This document shows, piece after piece, positions 9,700 to 18,900 of a DNA stretch of 56,183 bases. The position numbers were made by a program, and so were the translations under genes. This DNA comes from a virus (Duplodnaviria > Caudoviricetes): positions 1 through 56,183 of IMG/VR virus record IMGVR_UViG_3300017913_003170, one strand, 5' to 3'. The notes under the pieces are model-generated. The model did not search any database, was not told the DNA's origin, and saw only the letters and a list, made by a program, of their open reading frames with translations. How positions within the stretch are numbered: position 1 is the first letter of the stretch; each line of letters starts with the position of its first letter.

Positions 9700-9930
9700 T
9701 TAGTAGTTACTGCTACCGTATTCATCAAGGTTAGGAGCAACACCAGAGCTTGTACCCCATTGGTTACCATTTTGCCATCCACCAAATGTAGCACTCAATT
9801 TTGTGTTTGTGGTAACACTTGGTGTAATGAATGCACCTAAGGTAGCACTCAGACTGACCTGACCGGAAAGTCCGAAAAAGTCTCTTACTTGACTCATTGA
9901 TATCTGACTGCCGGTTGCAGGTAATGCCAT
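9700..9930 (-). CDS. Small fibre-associated protein
   Basis: MALPATGSQISMSQV N-terminus is typical of small genes that follow S74-chaperone tail fibres. Confidence 0.6.
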   Translation of the reverse strand: MALPATGSQISMSQVRDFFGLSGQVSLSATLGAFITPSVTTNTKLSATFGGWQNGNQWGTSSGVAPNLDEYGSSNY

Positions 9931-9933
9931 AAC

Positions 9934-12900
9934 TTATTTCTCGCTATTATTGTTTATAACAGTATTTAGTTGGTCTGTCAAGGCTTGAATTTGCTCCTGT
10001 TGTTCTTTTACTGCCTCAATCAATAGCGCCACCATTCTGTCATAGCGCACGGCTTTTATGCCGTCCTCTCTTGTGCCAACCACCTCTGGAAGCACTTGCT
10101 CAACCTCTTGAGCAATAACACCTACATCGTGTCTGCGGACAAAATAATCATCTTCTCCGCCTTTGTTTTCAATATATTCATCTGTCCAGTCAAACTCAAC
10201 ACCGCGCAGTTGTTGAACTTTTAGAATTGGATCTGCAATGACTTCTACGTTTTCTTTCAGTGTGGCATCGGATGAGTAATACGCTGTAACATCGTTTGTT
10301 GCACGTATTTCACCAGTAGTACCACTGGCTGCTGTACCAACACCAAGAGAGTCAAATCGAACATCATCGTCAGTATCAAGATTCAAAGTACCTCGCGTCA
10401 CCGTCGCAGAATTTATTCCAGTAACGTGACCATAGGTATCCAAAGTAATGTCTTGAATAAAAGTATTACCAGAGTTGTTCACTGACGCCTGTGACGATGT
10501 ATCAACGTGTTTAATTGTTAGATCGTATGGATCGCCACTGGAACCCGTTGACGTGTCTGTAAAGTTGATATCAATACCACCACCCTCAACGAATTTCAGG
10601 TACTTGCCCTGACTTATGGTGACGTTTGTGCTGTCACCATCTTGCACGACGAATGTCGTTAGCTGGTTGGTGTTGGTGTCTGTCGATGCAAATGTAATTT
10701 GACCATCGTCGTTGCGAGTGACTGTTACGTTCGTACCGCCAACAAGTTGCACAGTATCATCTGTACCAGATGATGCATCTAAGAATAGATTTGGATCGCT
10801 GTTATTACCACCAGTTTGTTGTGCTTTTAGCAAATATGTTGTATTAGTGTTGTCACTTGCTGGAACTGTAACAGTTTTTGTGTTTACGCCAGTGACGTGT
10901 CCTCTTGCGTTTGATGTAATACTGTCAACCACAGTAAATGTTGCACCATATCCTGGTGCCGCTGTACTGGTTGTATTTGTACGTGTTGTATTTTTATGTG
11001 TAAACGTCAAATCATACGGATCACCATCACTACCTGTACTTGTGTCAGTCCAGTTGATGTCAATGTCATTGCCCTCAACAAATTTCCATTCTTTGCCATG
11101 ACTGATTGTAACTTCAGTACCATCGCCATCTTCTACTTGGAATGTCGTTAGCTGGTTTGTGTTGTCACTTGCTGGAATTGTAACAGTTGAAACATCAATT
11201 GCTGTGACGTGACCTTGTGTGTTTGTTGTAACACTGGTAACTGCTTCAAACGTACCACCGTAGCTTGGTTCGTCAGTTGAGGTTGTGTCTGTGCGAGTTA
11301 CTGGTGAATGTCGTACTCTAATAGCATCATTGGTTGCAGCGTCTGCATCGATGTCAATTGCTACTCCACTTACCAACGTAAGAGTATCGTCGTTGCTGTC
11401 AGCAACCACTGTAGCAGTTTCGCTCCAGCTGTATCCACTGTCTGTGTCAGTTACTGCAAAGTTTTTGAAGATGTTCTGCGAACTACCTCTGTCACTGTTG
11501 GTAACTGTAATTGTTTTATCAGAACTTGCGTTTGCAGTAAATGTAGGTGTTGCACTCAAGCTAACACCTGTACCTGCTGCAACTGTCAGTGTAGCATTGT
11601 TGATATCACTAGTTAGTGCAAGTGTACCAGTACCACTTGGAATAGTGTGTGTATTCAAGTTATTACCACTAACAGTCAAATCACCGCCAATGGTCATGTT
11701 GTTTGTACTTGGATTGTAACTAATACCTGCATCTGTGTATACTGCGTTTACACTCAAACTTGAATCATTGCTGTCAACAAATGTCAAATAGTGTGTAGCA
11801 TTTGTACTGCGCTGTATTGTGTGAATTGTACTTGCTTCTGTTGCACTTGAAGCATTACCAGTAAGAGCACCTGTAAATGTATCTGCTTCTACTGTTTCCA
11901 GTACTAGATGTCCTAGTTCAAAGCTGCTGTCACTGGTGTCAATGTTGCCTGTAATATCCGGATCGTATTCGTCGAACAATCTAAACTTTTGATCGGTAAC
12001 GTCAAAGAACATACCAACCTGTGTAAATCCTACGCCGCTTGAACCTGTGTTTCTGAAACCAATCATACCCAAGTCAAGGTTAGCCGGTGATGCTGTACCA
12101 CTCCAAACATCGTTTAGTGTGTGTCCAGTTGTTGAAACAAATTTTACACTGATACCGTTGTCCAATTCTTGGCTGTTGCCTGTAATGTCGACACCTGTTT
12201 CTTCTGTGGTTGAGAAGTTGTCTTTACTCCAGCTAAATGTGTCTGGTGTACCAGTGCCGTCAATCTTCACGTAGTATGTTGTACTTGCTGTACCTTCAAA
12301 CAATCCAAGAAATGTAGCGTCATCAAGCCCGCTGCCTGTTGTTTGAGATGTTCCTGCTTCACCAATACTGTCACCACTACCCAAGAACACATATGGATCT
12401 TCAACGTTCAAGCTGTTCACTGCTGTTTCAGTAGTGTCACCTAGGATGGTCAAGTTACCACCAACTGTAACGTCACCTTCAAAACGTGCATCGCCTGTGG
12501 TTCTGTATGTTTCACTTACATGGTGAACAATGTCAATTAGAATACAACCATTTGAGCCATCACTGACCAAACATAAACCTACGTCAACTGCAAAGTCTGG
12601 ATAGCTAGGTGCTGTTTCCTGTAGATTACCATTTGATCCAACGTGTACTCTAGAACCAGCAGAGATACCACTAGTGTCAATACCTTCAACAAGACCATAT
12701 GTGCTAACATAACCGTATGAAGCATCGGCAATATCACTGAACACCAAGCCAACAGTGTTGTCAACATCTGCTGTACTCTTGTCTGCTAGTGCAAGTTTTG
12801 GTGTACCGCCTGCTGTAGCGCCAATAAATCTAACAGCCTTACCTGCTGTGATTGTAGCACCCGAATCGTTGTACACTCGTTGGAACAGTTCTTGTCCAAC

Positions 12901-15069
12901 TGAAATAGTGTTGTTGCTATCGTTTGTGTAAAATGCAAGTGTATCAAATCCGTTATGGTAGAACAGTCTGCCTTCGCTGTTTGAAGGAGTACTGTGTGAC
13001 GTGTCAAAATCTATATAATCAACACCAGTGATTTCACCCTGTAGCAGTGCTTTGTCTGCGTGTAGTTCTGCCCAACGTAGTGCTGAAGTACCTAGGTCAC
13101 GTGTTCCATCTGTACTTGGCACAAAGTCGCTGTCTACTCTTGCTGTAACAGTAAGTGTATCAGTTGTAGCATCACCTAAATCAGTATTGCCATTTACACC
13201 AAGATCTCCGTGTACTGTGGCATTTCCGTCAACGTCTAGATTGCCGCCCATGTTTAGGTTTTCAGCTAAACCAAGACCACCGTCAATGATAACTGAACCT
13301 GTGGTGTTGCTTGTACTTGCGGATGTGTCGTTGAAACTGGCTACACCTGTTACATCAAGTGTACCTTGTAGTGTGGTATCACCCGGAACTGTAACGTCAC
13401 CGCCAAATTCAGCATCGGTGTCTGTCCACATGATGGCCAAGTCATCATTGCCACTCATGATTTTTAGGTTGCCGCTGCTGTGATTCATCAGCTGACCAAA
13501 TACTACACCGCCGTCTGCTAGATCAACATATCCATTTTCGCTGTCAAGTGTTAGTGTGCCAGGTGCATCCAATGTTACGTTTGTTGCACCGTTCATTACA
13601 ATGTCTAGTACAGTAGTGCCATTGTCTTTTATTGTAATATTGCCGCCGTCGGCATCAAGAATAATGTCGCCAGTAGCATCTAGTGTAAGATCTGTTGCTG
13701 CTGGAGTATCAATAAGCGGAACAGTCAATGATGTTGCAATGTCAACTGCGTTTGGCAATCCAATGGTTACTGTTTGAGCTGATGCACTGGTTTCGATTTC
13801 ATTTGCTGTACCGCTAATAGTCAAAGTTTCACTTGCTAGAGCTACTGTGCCAGTGCCGCTGTCACCTGCTGTACTCAAATCTGTACTGATGCTTGCTGTG
13901 CTTACCGCTGTAATCAAGCCTTTGGCATTTACTGTAACAACTGGAATTGCTGTAGCACTACCAAATGCACCTGTGTTGCTGTTTACTGTTGCAAGTGTCA
14001 GGGCTGCATCTACTGTAGCACTACCGTCAACACTGCTAAGTGTACCAGATGCATCGCCACTGAATGTTAGGTCTCTTGCTGTTTCCCATGCTGTTGCAGT
14101 ATCGGCATTACCTGTCAAATCACCTGTTACATCACCTGTTACATCACCTGTGTATGTAGAATCAGTTCCGTCAGTTCCTGCTTCTAAAACTTTACTGGTT
14201 CCATTGGATGCATAAACGTCACCAGTAAGATCACCAGTTACATCGCCAGTTACATCACCTGTTACATCGCCAGTTATATCACCTGTAATAGTACCTGTTA
14301 CACTTAAATTATAAGCTAAAGATATGTTACCTGTTGAACTATCTACTACAAATGAATCATTTTTCCAGTTTCCGCTATCAACACTTGGATCTCTTACAGT
14401 AATATAAAAGTCATCGTCATTGTTTCTACCAAAAGCTGCTCGTTGTACATCGTTATTTGCAAATGTAACTGTAGAAAATCCGCCGTTAGTATCGTTTAAG
14501 TAGATGTCTGGTTCAACACTATCAATACGTAGCGCACCTACGCCGTCATTTAAACTAGATGCTGTAAGTTGCAATGGCGGCGTTGTAGTTTGAGTAGAAG
14601 TTAGTTCTAAGATATCCATTGTTATAGTGCCGCCGGCTGTAATGTCACCGGTTGTTGTAACAGATCCTACTGTGACTGCACTAGGAAGCCCAACTGTAAA
14701 TACACCGCTTGATTCGCTAACTTCAACTTCGTTTGTTGTACCGGTAACATTGATTGTGTCACCTTGTTCTACTGCTGTTGCACCTGCTGTAAACAGTGTA
14801 CCAGACAAACCGCCAGCTGGCATGTTGACTGTTGCAGTACTAAAGTCTACTGTGCCTGTTGCAGTAACATCGCCTGCTGTTATTGCTTTTCCAAAAGTAA
14901 CTCCTTCGCTACCGTCGGTACTTACAAATGTAAGGTATGTATTAGAACCTTCTTGAAATGTAAATGCTGTTGCACTGTTGTCGCTGATTTCAACACTGCT
15001 GTCATTGCCAGCAGTATTTTCAACAGTGAGGCCATTTTTGACCTTGAAATTATGTTCAAATGTTGCCAT
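9934..15069 (-). CDS. Long tail fibre with C-terminal intramolecular chaperone (peptidase S74-like)
   Basis: C-terminal AYYSSDATLKEN...LRGVEFDW...DVGVIAQEV..VLPEVV...AVRYD...LLIEAVKE; GDVT repeats; internal duplications. Likely start MATFEH at 15069. Confidence 0.85.
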   Translation of the reverse strand: MATFEHNFKVKNGLTVENTAGNDSSVEISDNSATAFTFQEGSNTYLTFVSTDGSEGVTFGKAITAGDVTATGTVDFSTATVNMPAGGLSGTLFTAGATAVEQGDTINVTGTTNEVEVSESSGVFTVGLPSAVTVGSVTTTGDITAGGTITMDILELTSTQTTTPPLQLTASSLNDGVGALRIDSVEPDIYLNDTNGGFSTVTFANNDVQRAAFGRNNDDDFYITVRDPSVDSGNWKNDSFVVDSSTGNISLAYNLSVTGTITGDITGDVTGDVTGDVTGDLTGDVYASNGTSKVLEAGTDGTDSTYTGDVTGDVTGDLTGNADTATAWETARDLTFSGDASGTLSSVDGSATVDAALTLATVNSNTGAFGSATAIPVVTVNAKGLITAVSTASISTDLSTAGDSGTGTVALASETLTISGTANEIETSASAQTVTIGLPNAVDIATSLTVPLIDTPAATDLTLDATGDIILDADGGNITIKDNGTTVLDIVMNGATNVTLDAPGTLTLDSENGYVDLADGGVVFGQLMNHSSGNLKIMSGNDDLAIMWTDTDAEFGGDVTVPGDTTLQGTLDVTGVASFNDTSASTSNTTGSVIIDGGLGLAENLNMGGNLDVDGNATVHGDLGVNGNTDLGDATTDTLTVTARVDSDFVPSTDGTRDLGTSALRWAELHADKALLQGEITGVDYIDFDTSHSTPSNSEGRLFYHNGFDTLAFYTNDSNNTISVGQELFQRVYNDSGATITAGKAVRFIGATAGGTPKLALADKSTADVDNTVGLVFSDIADASYGYVSTYGLVEGIDTSGISAGSRVHVGSNGNLQETAPSYPDFAVDVGLCLVSDGSNGCILIDIVHHVSETYRTTGDARFEGDVTVGGNLTILGDTTETAVNSLNVEDPYVFLGSGDSIGEAGTSQTTGSGLDDATFLGLFEGTASTTYYVKIDGTGTPDTFSWSKDNFSTTEETGVDITGNSQELDNGISVKFVSTTGHTLNDVWSGTASPANLDLGMIGFRNTGSSGVGFTQVGMFFDVTDQKFRLFDEYDPDITGNIDTSDSSFELGHLVLETVEADTFTGALTGNASSATEASTIHTIQRSTNATHYLTFVDSNDSSLSVNAVYTDAGISYNPSTNNMTIGGDLTVSGNNLNTHTIPSGTGTLALTSDINNATLTVAAGTGVSLSATPTFTANASSDKTITVTNSDRGSSQNIFKNFAVTDTDSGYSWSETATVVADSNDDTLTLVSGVAIDIDADAATNDAIRVRHSPVTRTDTTSTDEPSYGGTFEAVTSVTTNTQGHVTAIDVSTVTIPASDNTNQLTTFQVEDGDGTEVTISHGKEWKFVEGNDIDINWTDTSTGSDGDPYDLTFTHKNTTRTNTTSTAAPGYGATFTVVDSITSNARGHVTGVNTKTVTVPASDNTNTTYLLKAQQTGGNNSDPNLFLDASSGTDDTVQLVGGTNVTVTRNDDGQITFASTDTNTNQLTTFVVQDGDSTNVTISQGKYLKFVEGGGIDINFTDTSTGSSGDPYDLTIKHVDTSSQASVNNSGNTFIQDITLDTYGHVTGINSATVTRGTLNLDTDDDVRFDSLGVGTAASGTTGEIRATNDVTAYYSSDATLKENVEVIADPILKVQQLRGVEFDWTDEYIENKGGEDDYFVRRHDVGVIAQEVEQVLPEVVGTREDGIKAVRYDRMVALLIEAVKEQQEQIQALTDQLNTVINNNSEK
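14110..14300 (-). repeat. 12-bp tandem repeats encoding (GDVT/GDLT/GDIT)n
   Basis: acatcacctgtt-type units; related arrays at about 20100-20175 and 20320-20365. Confidence 0.85.
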
Positions 15070-15153
15070 GCTCGCTTCCCTCTCCACGTAATAGGCTACA
15101 TCACTCTCGTCATGTTGCTACTATTTATACAAAAGTATCTGCGATTAGATTAG

Positions 15154-15912
15154 TTAGATTAGATGTTTTTCAGCAATGAAACGATAGTTCATTGAATCTG
15201 TACTATCTGGAGTAATCAAAAGTCTTATGTTGCCGCCGTTTATATCAGCCGACGATGTAAACTGTACAGCATCGCTTATCAATGTCCCGTATTTGGTGAT
15301 ATACACATCTGTGCCATCGTGCATTACCATAATTTTTTCCACATGATATTCACTGTCAGTTGTGTTTTCGCAACTGATAAAATATTCTGCACTTCGGTAC
15401 TCAGTTACATCCCAACTGTCTACTGCAAATTGTGTGGTTGCACTACTAGTAGCTGTAGAAGCATGCGAATGATATGCATTGTGCATGTGTACGTTGTTGG
15501 TAAACACAGTATCCCATTGTTTGGTTTCGCTTCCCAAGTTATGGGTATCATCTGTTTCAGGTATAATGTTGCTATCAACCTGACCTGTAAATGTGATAGT
15601 ATCGCTAGTTGCATCACCTAAATCAATGTCGCCGTTGAGTATAGTGTCGCCAGTAGAAGTAATCGAACCAGTTACACTCAAATCACCATCTTCAGTAAGG
15701 GTAAGAATGTCAGTCGAACCAGTTTGAACTTTGAATGTTTCATCTGTTGCATTGTTATCGTTGTCAATCTGCACAATCAAACTACCTGGTGAAGTGAATT
15801 TACCACCGTCTGCAACGATATAATTTGAAGTAGCGTCTACAACTTCGACATCATTGATAAACTGTTTCTTTGTTTTATTATTCCATTTCCATCCACGTGT
15901 TCTTCTTGGCAT
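15154..15912 (-). CDS. Putative virion structural/fibre protein
   Basis: LGDATSDTITF and THNLGS...W fibre motifs; C-terminal YRSAEY...HDGTDVYITKYG domain shared with 33611..34576; basic N-terminus. Confidence 0.65.
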   Translation of the reverse strand: MPRRTRGWKWNNKTKKQFINDVEVVDATSNYIVADGGKFTSPGSLIVQIDNDNNATDETFKVQTGSTDILTLTEDGDLSVTGSITSTGDTILNGDIDLGDATSDTITFTGQVDSNIIPETDDTHNLGSETKQWDTVFTNNVHMHNAYHSHASTATSSATTQFAVDSWDVTEYRSAEYFISCENTTDSEYHVEKIMVMHDGTDVYITKYGTLISDAVQFTSSADINGGNIRLLITPDSTDSMNYRFIAEKHLI

Positions 15913-15922
15913 AATCTTTTCC

Positions 15923-18900
15923 TTAGTTGACTACTTCTGTCGTTGTAACAATCGCAACCCATTTGATTGTCTTACTGGCTTCGCCGGTACAAGTAATTTT
16001 GAGTGCATCGTTTGTATCATCTGCTTGCGCATCTACTTGCCAGTCTTCATCATCTTGTGCAACAATAATCTCGTACAAATCGCCGACATCGGCAGTTGTA
16101 CCGCTATGATTGTCAACGACACCTTTTACATGCCAACCTGCGCCTTCGCCTGCGGCATCTGTGCGTCTAGCAACAAATTTGATTTCATAGAACATGGTAG
16201 TGTTACTTGCAACACCTACTCTGCTGTTAGTAGTTCCGCCTACAAAAATCTCTGTTTCTGTAGCATCTGTAGTTGTGCCATATAGCACATATTGTCTTGT
16301 GTAATATCCTGTATCACCGTGATGAATATACTTGTCTGCATCATCAACTACAAGGTTAGCTGTAATAGTTGCATCGCCGTCGACATCTAGTGTGCCGCTT
16401 ACAGTTGCATTACCACTTACATCTAGATTGTTTGCAACAGTTACATCGTTGTCTGTATCAACAGTAAGTGCTGTTCCAGTATCTGTTGAACCAAGTATCA
16501 AATTATTGTTGGCAAAAACTCTAGTATCGTTTCCAGAAACAATAAAGCCGCCTCTGCTGGTTATTCTAAAGCCTTCACCATCTGTTGTGCTTGCTACACG
16601 AATCATACCGTCTGCACGTAGTGCATGATCGCCTGTGCTGTTGATTTCTACAACACCATCAATTGTAGTTGCACCAGTTACATCCAGTGTACCGCCGATT
16701 GCGGTATTACCACTTGCTACTGTTACGTCAAATCCTGTACCAACTTCAAATGTTGTACCATCAAATGTTAGGTTTGCATCATCTTCTAGAGAGCCTGCTG
16801 TACCTGCAATAACAATTCTATTGTCTGTCAAATCACTTACAGTTGCACTTGCCAGTGTTGATTCGCCTGTTACATCCAGTGTTCCACCTACAGTTGCATT
16901 GTCATCAACTGTCAATCCGCCCATGTGCAAGTCTGCATAGTCGTCGATTGTGATGTTACCGTTTGTTGTTCCGTCTTCTGTGTTTGTGTTTGCTACGACA
17001 AATTCATCTGCACTTTCATCCCAGAAGAAGCTGACATTGTTAGTGTCTTCGTCGGTTCCGTCTCCACGTGTGAACACCATACCCAAATCAATTGCTGTAG
17101 CTGTGTTGCCATCGCCGACTTTGATCAGTGCATCACTTACATTCAGTGTGGTTGTGTCTAGTGTGGTTGTTGTTCCACTGACTGTTAGGTTACCTGCAAT
17201 TGTTGCATTACCATCAACATCCAAGTTACCGCCCATGTTTAGATTTTCAGCTAAACCCAAGCCTCCGTCAATGACCACAGCACCAGTTGAATTGGTTGTA
17301 CTTGATGTAGTGCTGTTGAAGTTTACATCGCCGGTAACATCCAGTGTACCGCCAATTGTTGTGTTACCGCTAGCACCAAGCACCTGGAATACATTTACAT
17401 CTGAACTGTTGTCAATATTGAATGTGATACTGTTGTCAAATGTAACATTGTTGCTGACAGTTAGGTCCAAGTCAATATCAATACTGGTGTTGGCAATATC
17501 AATATCAAACAGTGTTGTGTCTGAACTGTTGTTGATTGTAAAGCTGTTGTCTTTGAATACAACATCACCTTCAATGGTTGTATCACCAGTGCTCATGTCA
17601 ATTTGGAACACTTGTGTACTTGAGTTGTTGTTGATTGTGAAGTTGTTGTTGCTTTCAAATGTTACTTCATTGTTGATAGTTGTACTACCTTCAATGGTTG
17701 TATCACCGGTACTCATGTCAATGTTGAATGTGTTGGTGTTACTGTTATTTTGAATTGTGAACGTATCGCTGCTGTTATCAACCAATGTCATTGTGTTGTT
17801 TACAGTTGTATCACCTTCAATAGTAACTGCACCAGTACTCATTGCAATGTTGAATACCTGCGTATCACTGCTGTTATTGATTGTAAAGTTGTTGGTTGAA
17901 GAATCTGTAAATGTAACGTTGTTGTTCACAGCCATTGTGTTGTTGATGGTTGTAGCACCTTCAATGGTTGTATCACCAGTACTCATGTCAATATTGAATA
18001 CCTGCGTATCACTGCTGTTGTTGATCAAGAAAGTATTACTACTATCATCAGTAAATGTAACACTGTTGTTCACAGCCATTGTGTTGTTGATAGTTGTAGC
18101 ACCCTCAATGGTTGTATCACCTGTGCTCATATCAATATTGAAGGTGGTTGTGTCACTGCTGTTGTTGATAGTAAATGCGTTGCTGCTATTGTCATTCAGT
18201 GTTAGACTGTTTTCAATAGTGGTAGCACCTGTGCTCATATCAATTTGGAACACTTGTGTACTTGAACTGTCATTGATTGTAAAGTTATCGCCACTTTCAA
18301 AAGTAACTGCACTGTTGATTGTTGTGTCGCCTTCAATAACAGTATCACCAGTGCTCATATCGATTTGGAATACTTGTGTACTACCGCTGCTGTTCAATGT
18401 AAAGTTGTTGTCGCTTTCAAACGTTACAGCATTGTTGATGGTTGTGGCACCTTCAATTGTGGTTGCACCTGTTGCACCATCGATTTGGAATATTGTTACT
18501 GGTGTGCCGCTGTTGTCTGCCATTGTAAAGTCAGCTGCTGCACTTAGGCTAACATTGTTGCTCACTGCCAGTGTGTTGTTGATAGTTGTGCCACCACTGA
18601 TAATAGTGTCACCTGTGCTCATATCAACGTCAAACACAGTTGTATCGCTGCTGTTGTTGATATTGAAATTGTTACTTGAACTATTGGTAAATGTAACGTT
18701 GTTGTTGGTTGCCACAGTGTTGTTGATCACAGTCGGACCAGCAATGGTTGTTGCACCAGTGCTACCTACAACTTGGAATACCTGTGTACTCGATTCATTG
18801 TTGAATGTAAAGTTGTTGTTGCTTTCCAGTGTCAAGCTGTTGCTAATCGATGTAGCACCATCTGCTGCAATACTGAATGCATTGCTGGTACCTGCGTTGA

